A DNA stretch of 64,000 nucleotides from a virus, in the IMG/VR virus record IMGVR_UViG_3300049169_000021, positions 1 to 64,000 of that record, one strand, 5' to 3'. Both the position numbers and the translations under genes were made by a program. The notes beneath the pieces are model-generated. The model saw nothing but the letters and a program-made list of their open reading frames with translations. It was not told the DNA's origin and made no database searches. Below, one piece after another: positions 53,758 through 62,279 of this stretch (within the stretch, counting starts at the first letter, position 1; each line of letters opens with the position of its first letter).

Positions 53758-53760
53758 CCC

Positions 53761-54945
53761 CTACATGCCAATCCAGGAGGCCATGTAGTTCAGCGTGTCC
53801 GGCGTACGCCGCGACAGATGCACCAGCCCACGAATCGTCTCCCGCGCCCCAGGGTGGTAGCGCGTCTGCTCCGGCGCCACCTTGCGGGCCTCGACGAGAT
53901 GCTCCAGCGCCTTCTCGGTGTACCCCGTCTCCATCTCCGTCCGCGCGCGGTCGATCAAGAAGTGCGCCCGCCGGGACGTTGCCAGCTTGGCGGGGATCCG
54001 CATCTTGCGGGCCTGCTTCAGGGCGTCGTCGTACTGGTTCATCTCCACGGCCGCAGACATGCGGTGCAGTGCAACGTTCGTCGGACCGAAGCTGAGCCAG
54101 TGCACATCGGAGGCGTCGCCGGTCCGCTTCGCGATGGCGCGCGCTTCGGCGATGTGCCGGTCTACGGCTGTCTTGTCGTCGGCGCGAGCGCAGATCACGG
54201 ACGCCCCGAGGTGCAGTTGTCCGGTGACAGCGAGGGCTTCTCGGGTCGTTTCGGCCTGGCCGACGATTCCGTGTCCGGCGGCGACGAGGCGTTGCCCGAT
54301 CGTGTACTCGCCTTCGCGGAAGTAGACGAGTGCGCGCATGTACTGGCGGACCGCACCCAGACAGGGATCGGAGGCGCGCTCTGCTGCCCAGGCCATGCGG
54401 TCCAGGGCGACGGCGGATAGGTCGTAGTAGCCGAGCTTCACGCTGATGTCGTGCGCGGTGCGGTACGTCGAGGCGAGCCCCCGCCACAGCTCCGTGGACG
54501 GCGTGGCCCATGCGGTGTGCGTGAGCTCGGCGATCGCCCCCGGCAGCGATTGCGCCGCGTTCCGCAGGTGCGTGGCCCGCACCTGTTCGCACAGCCGGTC
54601 AGCCTCGGCGACGAGGACGGAGGCCGGCCGGACGGTGATGTCGGGATTCACTCCAAGGTCGTACAGGTCGAGGGCCTCGCGGATGGGGCGGACGAGTTCG
54701 GCGAGTCGGTCGCGCTGCAATTCGGTCACGTAGGGCTGTCCTGTGAGGGTGGTGACGTCGATGTTCAGGGCGTGCGCGATGGCGGCGACGAAATCTGAGG
54801 TGGCCGGGCGTGCGCCGCATTCGACCTGGTTGAGCAAGCTGTATGAGTAGGGGATGCGATTGGCGAGTTCACGTTGGGTGAGCCTGGCCAGTCTGCGTTG
54901 TTCGCGGATGCGGGTCCCGGTGTGGTCGTCGTCGAGTGAGGGCAT
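53761..54945 (-). CDS. XRE-HTH regulator with TPR-like helical C-terminal domain
   Basis: RIREQRRLARLTQRELA...LLNQVECG; helical repeats, FGPTNV motif. Confidence 0.9.
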   Translation of the reverse strand: MPSLDDDHTGTRIREQRRLARLTQRELANRIPYSYSLLNQVECGARPATSDFVAAIAHALNIDVTTLTGQPYVTELQRDRLAELVRPIREALDLYDLGVNPDITVRPASVLVAEADRLCEQVRATHLRNAAQSLPGAIAELTHTAWATPSTELWRGLASTYRTAHDISVKLGYYDLSAVALDRMAWAAERASDPCLGAVRQYMRALVYFREGEYTIGQRLVAAGHGIVGQAETTREALAVTGQLHLGASVICARADDKTAVDRHIAEARAIAKRTGDASDVHWLSFGPTNVALHRMSAAVEMNQYDDALKQARKMRIPAKLATSRRAHFLIDRARTEMETGYTEKALEHLVEARKVAPEQTRYHPGARETIRGLVHLSRRTPDTLNYMASWIGM

Positions 54946-55079
54946 ACTGGTCTCCTCGTTCCTTGCTCCCACTTGGAACGGTACCCGCGTCCGGATGCGT
55001 GGGTCAGGCGTCCGCCCCCGACTCCTCTGGATTCGGGGGCGGTTGCATGTCCGGGCCCGGGCGGGATGGGATGGGGATC

Positions 55080-55628
55080 ATGACCTCTCGAACCCTGTAT
55101 CTGTTCGGCTCGGCCGCTCCTCCGGTCTTCGACGTCGCGCGCGTGATCGAGGATGCTCAGGGGCGGGGCTTCGACGTGTGCCTCGGCCTCACACCGACCG
55201 CCAACCGGTGGCTCGGCGACCAACTGCCGGCACTACAGGAGTTGACCGGACACCCCGTGCGCAGCGAGTACAAGCTGCCCGGTGAGCCGGACGTATGGCC
55301 CAAGGCGGACGTCATCTTGTTCGCGCCGGCCACGTTCAACAGCGTCAACTCGTGGGCGCTCGGTCTCACCCACGATTTTGTCGTCGGGGTTGTCGCGGAG
55401 GGGATAGGGAAGGGCATTCCGATGGTGGCGATGCCGTGTGTGAACGCGGCTTACGTCCGGCATCGGCAGTTCGAGCGGAGCGTTGCCGAGTTGCGGGAGA
55501 TGGGTGTGACGGTGTTGTACGGGGAGGGTGGGTTCGTGCCGAATCAGCCGGGTCAGGGGAAGCCGAGGGAGTATCCGTGGGGTTTGGCGCTGGATGCGGC
55601 TGAGCGGATTGTCGGCGCTGGCTCGTAA
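55080..55628 (+). CDS. Flavoprotein (HFCD / PPC-decarboxylase-like fold)
   Basis: TPTA, ADVILFAPATFNSVNSWALG, MPCVNAA. Confidence 0.85.
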   Translation: MTSRTLYLFGSAAPPVFDVARVIEDAQGRGFDVCLGLTPTANRWLGDQLPALQELTGHPVRSEYKLPGEPDVWPKADVILFAPATFNSVNSWALGLTHDFVVGVVAEGIGKGIPMVAMPCVNAAYVRHRQFERSVAELREMGVTVLYGEGGFVPNQPGQGKPREYPWGLALDAAERIVGAGS

Positions 55629-55637
55629 GCTTGTCTC

Positions 55638-55817
55638 ATGTCCCCCTCTTCTTCGGCTCCTGGCCGCGTGCGGTCTGCTGCCGAGTTGAACTCGGCGATT
55701 CGCGCGCTGTGGTCGCATCCTGCGGTGCCGTTGACGGATGGGCAGCGGGCCGAGTACGAGCGGCTGTGCGCCGAACTCCGGGCCGTCGAACGTGGAGACG
55801 TCGTCGAAGCGGCGTAA
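55638..55817 (+). CDS. Small helical hypothetical protein (59 aa)
   Basis: MSPSSSAPGRVRSAAELNSAIRALW...RAEYERL...VVEAA (below ORF-track cutoff). Confidence 0.7.
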   Translation: MSPSSSAPGRVRSAAELNSAIRALWSHPAVPLTDGQRAEYERLCAELRAVERGDVVEAA

Positions 55818-55820
55818 CGC

Positions 55821-56222
55821 TCAGGAGAAGAGATCGCGCCAGTCCGGCGGGAAGTGCGGTCGCTCGCGCCGGATCTCCTGCCACGCCTCGTCAAGCTCTG
55901 CGGCACGCCTCTCTTCAGCAGCCTGTGCCTTACGGCGGGACTCCTCCAGCGCGTGACGAGCCTCCGGCGTGACCGGGGCGGCGCGGTGCCGGTAGAGGTA
56001 GGCGCCGTCATCGGCGCGACTGGGCCAGCCGCTGCTGTGGATCGGCTCGTACTCCGCCACCGGGATCGTGAGCGCCGCCGGAGCGAGCTCACCAAGATCA
56101 GCGAGGTACTCAGGGAGCGACGGCGGCATGGGGATCAGGTAGATCGGCGGCGGCTGGTCTCCGGAGACCGGGATGGCGCGGCCGTCGGCGGGGCCCCCTA
56201 CGAACCTGATCGTGATGCTCAT
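55821..56222 (-). CDS. Hypothetical protein
   Basis: IRFVGGPADG; GGAGG RBS. Confidence 0.75.
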   Translation of the reverse strand: MSITIRFVGGPADGRAIPVSGDQPPPIYLIPMPPSLPEYLADLGELAPAALTIPVAEYEPIHSSGWPSRADDGAYLYRHRAAPVTPEARHALEESRRKAQAAEERRAAELDEAWQEIRRERPHFPPDWRDLFS

Positions 56223-56283
56223 GCCTCCAGCATGGCAGAGGGCCCCGCCCGCCGAAGCGAACGAAGCCCCGTGCACGCGGCCG

Positions 56284-56541
56284 TCAGCGGCCGGACGCCT
56301 GCCACAACGCCACACCCAGCGACCCCAACGCCACCAGCACCGCCACCGACGGCAACGGCCACCGGTTCTTCTCCAACGCGTCGAGCCGCGCCTCGTGGTC
56401 GTCGAGCTTCTTATCCGTCTGCTCACTGCGCTGGATCAGAAGAGCGAGCTGCCCATCCACCCTGACAAACCCTGCTTCGCAGGTCCCCCTCAGCCGCTCC
56501 AACTCCAGCGCCACATTCACCTGCTGCTCAGGCGGCGTCAC
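56284..56541 (-). CDS. Lysis-cassette coiled-coil/TM protein
   Basis: DHEARLDALEKNRWP + TM. Confidence 0.8.
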   Translation of the reverse strand: MTPPEQQVNVALELERLRGTCEAGFVRVDGQLALLIQRSEQTDKKLDDHEARLDALEKNRWPLPSVAVLVALGSLGVALWQASGR

Positions 56542-56771
56542 TCCCGCACCGCCTCAGCCTCGTCGGTCCGCAGCCAAGACGGCAGCAGCAACTGCACCGA
56601 CGGCAACGCCATCACACGGGCGAACCCACCCGCCACCCCGAGCGCACCCGCCACCCATGGCAACGCGGCCGGCACACCCGACGCATCCACGATGAACGGC
56701 AACGCCACCGCCAGCCCCAGCGCGGTCTGGAGCACGGTCCGCGCCGTCCTCTTCGTTGATTCCTTCGCCAT
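56538..56771 (-). CDS. Putative holin
   Basis: KRTARTVLQT + two TM segments. Confidence 0.8.
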   Translation of the reverse strand: MAKESTKRTARTVLQTALGLAVALPFIVDASGVPAALPWVAGALGVAGGFARVMALPSVQLLLPSWLRTDEAEAVRE

Positions 56772-56773
56772 GA

Positions 56774-57643
56774 TCAGTTCTCCTTCGTGAGTGCGTCGCC
56801 GAGCTTGTCGAGCGCGGCCTGTGCGCCCGCTTCCGCCGCGGCCTGGACCTGAGCCAGCGGCAGGCCGCCGTCCCGGGCGAGCGCCGCGACCGCGGCGGCG
56901 AGCGCGGCGACCTGGGCGGTGAGCGCGGCGGTGGTCTTGTCGACTCTGCGGGCGACGATCTCGACGTTGTTGAGCGCCGTGGCGGGGGCGATGTGGGGGT
57001 TGTTTTTCGCGGTGGCCGGGTTCGGGTTCTTCACGATCCCGTCCATCAGCCACACCTTGCGGACGTCGTCACTGCTGAGCGCCACGTCTTCCTCCTCCTC
57101 GGGGGTGGTGGTCTTGCCGGTCGCGCGGGCGACGATGCCCGGGAACACGACCTCTTTGAACTGCGCGATTCGCGCCTTCCCGGGGCATGCGGTGCCGGAC
57201 GTGGACCACTGCGGGAACATCGAGTGATAGCCGAACCCAGGATCGGCGTGGTGGCGGCAGATCCGCAGCGGAACGTCGTGCCGCTCGTGCAGCCACGCCC
57301 CGATGGCAATCAGGTCTTCGATCTGCTTCGCGTTCCACGGATCCGTGCCCGACGTGTTCGACGCGGTCTCCGCCGACACCGCACCCGTCCCGTCCGCCCG
57401 GCGGTTCGCACCGGCGTTCGCGTCCGCGCGGGTCTCGGTGCCGATGTACTGGCCGACCACACCGTCGTAATCGATACCGAAGTGGCTTTCCAGGCTGGTG
57501 CTGTCACGCCAGTACTCGTAGGTCCGCTTCGCAGTCCACGGGGCGATGATCGAGTGGACGATGAACTGCGTCGGCCGGATCGCGGGCTGCGCGTCCGACT
57601 CCGGCTGCAACTCCATCTTGATGGCGCCCGGATACCAAGCCAT
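56774..57643 (-). CDS. Endolysin (amidase_2 family)
   Basis: IVHS...SHF...SAET...GYH...TACPG. Confidence 0.9.
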   Translation of the reverse strand: MAWYPGAIKMELQPESDAQPAIRPTQFIVHSIIAPWTAKRTYEYWRDSTSLESHFGIDYDGVVGQYIGTETRADANAGANRRADGTGAVSAETASNTSGTDPWNAKQIEDLIAIGAWLHERHDVPLRICRHHADPGFGYHSMFPQWSTSGTACPGKARIAQFKEVVFPGIVARATGKTTTPEEEEDVALSSDDVRKVWLMDGIVKNPNPATAKNNPHIAPATALNNVEIVARRVDKTTAALTAQVAALAAAVAALARDGGLPLAQVQAAAEAGAQAALDKLGDALTKEN

Positions 57644-57656
57644 GATCAGCCGCCCT

Positions 57657-57878
57657 TCAAAGGTTGTTGGTAACGGTGATGTCGTAGGACGACAGGCGCA
57701 CCGTCACGTCCCCGCTGTCACCCGCCAGCAGCCGCTTCAGCTCATCGAGGACGCTCTGCACCGTCATCCCCGGCAGAGGGCCACCCGCCCCCTCGCCGAT
57801 CTTCACTGTGATGGAGAACCCAGTCTCGTTCGGGCCGTCGGCCTGGAATTGGTAGTAGGGATAGGTGAGTTCGGCCAT
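57657..57878 (-). CDS. Small tail-associated protein
   Basis: 73 aa, GGAG RBS. Confidence 0.7.
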   Translation of the reverse strand: MAELTYPYYQFQADGPNETGFSITVKIGEGAGGPLPGMTVQSVLDELKRLLAGDSGDVTVRLSSYDITVTNNL

Positions 57879-57890
57879 CGGTTTTCTCCC

Positions 57891-58406
57891 TTATGCGAGG
57901 CGCTCGATGCGCAGGTACGAGCGTGCGGCCACGCGGGTGCTGCTGGCGTTGGACGTGGTCTGCGCCCACTGCAAGGCGAGCGTTCCGGCGGAGGTAGTGA
58001 CGAGGTCGCCGGTCTCCCAGGCCATGACCTGGTTGGTGCCGTCACGGGTCCCGTAGTTGACGGTGGTTGCGAAGGCGTGGATGCCCCATCGTCCGTCGCC
58101 GGTGGGGTTGCTGGTGCTGGTGGGTGAGATGTCGACACCCCAGCAGGCGCGCAGCCCGGTCGCCCCGGAAGGCACGGTCCACAGGGTTTTGAACCCTGCC
58201 GCCGCAACGCTGCTGTAGTGGATGAGGAACTCCACTCGGTACTGGGCGTTGGCCTCCACGGTGATCGACAGGTCCGGGTCATCCGTGAATGTCGTGGTGG
58301 CGGCACGGTTGGTGTCGGAGACTTTACGGACGAAGAGCGGCAGCATCGAGGACAGCAGCTGTGTGGTGATGCGCTGACCCGCGTAGACCGTCGGGTACTG
58401 GGACAA
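57891..58406 (-). CDS. Minor tail protein
   Basis: Homolog of 17009-17524. Confidence 0.8.
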   Translation of the reverse strand: MSQYPTVYAGQRITTQLLSSMLPLFVRKVSDTNRAATTTFTDDPDLSITVEANAQYRVEFLIHYSSVAAAGFKTLWTVPSGATGLRACWGVDISPTSTSNPTGDGRWGIHAFATTVNYGTRDGTNQVMAWETGDLVTTSAGTLALQWAQTTSNASSTRVAARSYLRIERLA

Positions 58407-58415
58407 CGGGGCCTC

Positions 58416-61400
58416 CTACAGGGCGACGATGGCGGGGTTGGCGAGCGCCACGGCGGCGCCTGCGGTGTGGGTCTTGGACACGCCGTTCTGGGAGCGGACG
58501 ACGGTGTAGGTCTGGGGGTTGACCAGGTCAAAGTTGTCGAAGCGGAGTTCCGCCGAGGCGTTGGTGTTGCCCGTGTTCCGGAACGAGCGGGTGCCGATAT
58601 TCCCGGCTGTGGTGATCGCCGTGTCGGTGGTCTCGATGTGCCAGATCCCCGGCTCATTGTCCGAGGCCAGCCACACCTTGGCCTTCAACGCGGACCCGAA
58701 CACCTGGAGCCGCACCCGGTAGAACGTCCCGGCGACGTGCGTGATCGTGCTGGTGAACGTCGAGCCCAACTGGGTCTCGACGCCAGCCACACGCTTCCGC
58801 ACAGTCAGCACGATCTGGTTGGACGTGTTGAAATCCACCCTGGCCTGGTACAGGTTGTTGTTGTCCGTAGCCCGCACGATCGGCCCCGTGTACAGCGACG
58901 CCCCCGTCGCCAGAGCGGACGCGGCCACATCCACGTACAGGTCCACGTCCGCCGCCGGCGCCGCGATCGTCGTCAGATGAGCAATCCCCGTGCTGGGCTG
59001 GGCTGCGATGGCGTAAGTGCCGTTGACGCTGTAGTCAGCGGCCGTACCGACGACTGACCACGTCTGCCCGGAGCCCGCAGCACCCCAGCCGGAGGCCGCC
59101 GTACGGCCGAACGTGTCATACACCGCGCTGCTCTTGCCCCGCGTCGGGCCGCGCGCCGCCCACACCCACAGCAGGTCCGTCGCCGCCGGCGTGGACCCCA
59201 TCCGCACCCGCCCCTGCGCCCGCGACGCGTTGGCCGGCGCAACGAACTCGGCCTCGAAGTACGTCCACACCGAGCTCGGGATTGCTGCGGCGGTGGCGGA
59301 GACGGTGGAGATGAACACGGCGGCCGAGTCGTACCAGGTGACGGTGGGCCGGATGTCTGACCAGCCGTCCACCGAAAATGCCCAGTAGCCGACCACATAG
59401 GTGGCGCCCGGTGTGATGGACCCGACCGCGGTTATGCCCGCCTGCGCGCCGACGAACGCTGCCCCGCCGCTCGGGGTGATGAGCATGCTGGCGGTGGCGC
59501 GCGGGTGCGGGTGCACGTACGTCGTTGACCTGGACAGGGTCGAGTTCTCGACAGACCAGTCGCTGACGTCGGTCCCGAAGAACGGGTTGGCGTTGATCAG
59601 CGAATGCGGGGCGGTGACGGTCATGACCTCGCCGCCAATCCGCCAGTCGAACGGCATGTCGCGTACGCGTGGCGTCCACAGGCCGCCGCTGGCCGTGTAG
59701 ACGTCCACGGCTGTTTCGGTGCTGGTGAGGTCCTCGGCGAGTTGGGAACCGTCGGTGTCGACCCACTGAAACTCACGGAACGACGAGGCGGTGTCGTCAT
59801 CCCCGGCCCACGTCACATCCCACGACCCGGCAGGCGAACAGTTGTAGTCGATCGTCCACGTGAACTGGTCCAGAACCTCCTGGTAGCCCTGGACGATGAG
59901 GTCGATCGTGTCCGGCGGCAACCAGGAGGGCGGGTTGGTGATGTGCATGCGGTCGCCGATGTCCACGGACGCCGCGTCTTCGATCATGTGGGTGGCGTTC
60001 GCCAGCATGATGCGGACGACGGGGTAGCGGGTTTCATCCCACGTCCCGACGTGCAGGCGCCATCCGGCGTGCTCGCTGGTCTGTGCGTCGGCGTACAGGT
60101 TCTTGGTGACGCTGTCCGTGTAGATGCCCACCCCGTCCGGGGGCACTGCCGTCGACAGCGGCCCCGAGTCGAGGGTGCGGCGCGTGCTGGATCCGCCGGT
60201 GCGCTGCACCGTGATGTCGTTGCGGACGGCCTGGTCGTCGTCGACCGGATCGAGCGGCGTCACCAGCCCATCGGAGCCGGTGTAGTCCAGCACCATCACA
60301 GCCGTCTGGTTGTACAGGGACACGTGGTCGCGGAACCGGAACCCCGGATAGTGCTCCCTGCTCTCGAACAGGATGCCCTCGTCCGCTGTTTCGGCCTCCC
60401 GCATCAGCTCCAGCACCGTGGACAGGCCCTGCACGCCCATCTGCTCGTCGCTGATCGACGCGCCGAAGCACGGCGACAGTTCCTCGACTCCCAGCCGGTA
60501 CAGGCGTGATGACGTCGCCTCGCCGTTCCAGCCGATCATCGCGCCGCCCGTGTCGGCGTACGCGGTGTTGAGGTCAGCGAACGCCAGGTGCCCGATCGCG
60601 GTGCCGTTCAGCAGCCCGCTCTGCCCGATCCTCGCCTCCGTCGCGGCGCCGCACGTGTACCCGGCGAGCGTCCCGGACATGCTGGTCGTCAGCGTGCTCG
60701 AGAGGGTCGATTCGTCGATCCGGAACGTCAGCACATCCCACTCGACGTCCGCGCCGGTCTGCGTCAGCTCGACCGCGATGTGCCGCTGCTTGCCGTTGAT
60801 CTGGAAGACCCCGAACCCGGACGCGAACAGCTGCGTGCCGTCGGTGTCGTACGCGCGGAGGTCGAGGTTCCCCGCCGTGTCCAAGAACAGCGACCACGTG
60901 CGGGCCGTGCCCGTCGTCGTGAACGAGAACAGCCGGTCCGTGCCCGTCACCCCGGCCACCGGGACTTCGACGAACAGACGCGTGAAGATGTAGTTCGTCG
61001 CCGTGTACGCGGGCAGTTGCACCTTCGTCGTACCGAACGAATACGTCGGCAGCGGCGCGGACGCCGCCCACCCCGAGTACGCCGCCGGCGTCACACCCCC
61101 CGTCCCAGGGATAGGCATCGCGGCGTGCCCGTCCATGGCGGACGCGAACGTCGTCGCCTGTGCTTCGTCTTCCATGGGCCAGTAGGCGACGATGTTCGAC
61201 CGGTTGGGGTTTGTGAGCTCGCGGTACATGGGCGACCGCACCGGGGAGGCGCCTTGGGACATGCGGCGTGTGATCCCGGACGCTTCGACGTTGACCACGA
61301 CGTCGTGGCGGGTCTCCCAGCGGACGTTCCACGCGGATATCTCGCCCACGAAGCGGGTCCGCCGGTTGGTGATCTGGGAGTTGTTGTTCGTGGTCCACGT

Positions 61401-62279
61401 CCGCCCTGCGGAGTCGACGAACGAGGCTGCGCCGACGGCCTGCTCGTCGAATCTCGGTTGGGCGACGATCGGCCCCCAGTCGCCGTTGCGGATCTCCGCC
61501 GCGTGGCAACGCCCGAGCGGCAGGGTGCGCGAAAAGCCGGTGGCGTTGCCGATCCGGACCGGGCTCGTGCTGTTGAAGATGGAGGTGACGCCGGACTGGG
61601 TGACGGGGTCGCCGAGCTGCACCCACGGCGCGTCCAAATTCTCGGCGGTGTAGAAGCGGACGACGTTCTGCCCGGAGCCGTTATCGACGTCCAGCCACAC
61701 CCGCACCGCCATCCGGCCCGAGCCGGGAACCACCGGTGGGATCGTCGACGATGCCCCCAGGAGGTTCGTGCCGTCCGCGCTCCATTCGAAGTAGATGCGG
61801 CCGTTGCGGGCGCCCAGGAACCAGGACACGGCGCCGGGCCCGGAGGCTTTCCCGATCCATTCCACCGTCGTCTGCCCGACGAGGATCGGCGGGATCCAGT
61901 TCGCGAGGGTCATGTCAATGCGGAGGTCGAGGTCGCCGACGACGTCGAGGGTGGCATCATCGACGGTCTGCGCGTAGTCGCTGGTGCTGGAGCCGGGCAG
62001 GTCGAGGTACGTCGAGCCGGTCATCACGGACACGCGGCACGGCGTGTTCCTGCCGATGCTGCCGTAGTACGGGCCGGTCGGGTTGCGGGGCGTCATTGCG
62101 CCGTCGTTGTTGTCCAGTGTGAACGCGCAGCGGGACGCGTCGACCTGCTGGCCCCAGTCGGAGCGGCCGCGGCTGATGCGGATCTGCTGTTCCGCCCGCA
62201 CGCGCGAGGTGAAGTCGGTCCATGTGGAGCCGAGCCGCAGCTCGACCTTGAGGGGCAGCGGGGTCTCGGGGAACGCCAT
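58416..62279 (-). CDS. Large minor tail / receptor-binding protein
   Basis: MAFPETPL..., homolog of 17534-21340. Confidence 0.85.
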   Translation of the reverse strand: MAFPETPLPLKVELRLGSTWTDFTSRVRAEQQIRISRGRSDWGQQVDASRCAFTLDNNDGAMTPRNPTGPYYGSIGRNTPCRVSVMTGSTYLDLPGSSTSDYAQTVDDATLDVVGDLDLRIDMTLANWIPPILVGQTTVEWIGKASGPGAVSWFLGARNGRIYFEWSADGTNLLGASSTIPPVVPGSGRMAVRVWLDVDNGSGQNVVRFYTAENLDAPWVQLGDPVTQSGVTSIFNSTSPVRIGNATGFSRTLPLGRCHAAEIRNGDWGPIVAQPRFDEQAVGAASFVDSAGRTWTTNNNSQITNRRTRFVGEISAWNVRWETRHDVVVNVEASGITRRMSQGASPVRSPMYRELTNPNRSNIVAYWPMEDEAQATTFASAMDGHAAMPIPGTGGVTPAAYSGWAASAPLPTYSFGTTKVQLPAYTATNYIFTRLFVEVPVAGVTGTDRLFSFTTTGTARTWSLFLDTAGNLDLRAYDTDGTQLFASGFGVFQINGKQRHIAVELTQTGADVEWDVLTFRIDESTLSSTLTTSMSGTLAGYTCGAATEARIGQSGLLNGTAIGHLAFADLNTAYADTGGAMIGWNGEATSSRLYRLGVEELSPCFGASISDEQMGVQGLSTVLELMREAETADEGILFESREHYPGFRFRDHVSLYNQTAVMVLDYTGSDGLVTPLDPVDDDQAVRNDITVQRTGGSSTRRTLDSGPLSTAVPPDGVGIYTDSVTKNLYADAQTSEHAGWRLHVGTWDETRYPVVRIMLANATHMIEDAASVDIGDRMHITNPPSWLPPDTIDLIVQGYQEVLDQFTWTIDYNCSPAGSWDVTWAGDDDTASSFREFQWVDTDGSQLAEDLTSTETAVDVYTASGGLWTPRVRDMPFDWRIGGEVMTVTAPHSLINANPFFGTDVSDWSVENSTLSRSTTYVHPHPRATASMLITPSGGAAFVGAQAGITAVGSITPGATYVVGYWAFSVDGWSDIRPTVTWYDSAAVFISTVSATAAAIPSSVWTYFEAEFVAPANASRAQGRVRMGSTPAATDLLWVWAARGPTRGKSSAVYDTFGRTAASGWGAAGSGQTWSVVGTAADYSVNGTYAIAAQPSTGIAHLTTIAAPAADVDLYVDVAASALATGASLYTGPIVRATDNNNLYQARVDFNTSNQIVLTVRKRVAGVETQLGSTFTSTITHVAGTFYRVRLQVFGSALKAKVWLASDNEPGIWHIETTDTAITTAGNIGTRSFRNTGNTNASAELRFDNFDLVNPQTYTVVRSQNGVSKTHTAGAAVALANPAIVAL

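Noticed and set aside
54946-55079. Arbitrium-like signal peptide gene next to XRE-TPR
   Set aside because: No small ORF with a signal sequence; only hairpins
17009-62279. Diversity-generating retroelement or invertible tail switch
   Set aside because: No reverse transcriptase or serine invertase; paralogous tail genes do not show an adenine-specific difference pattern
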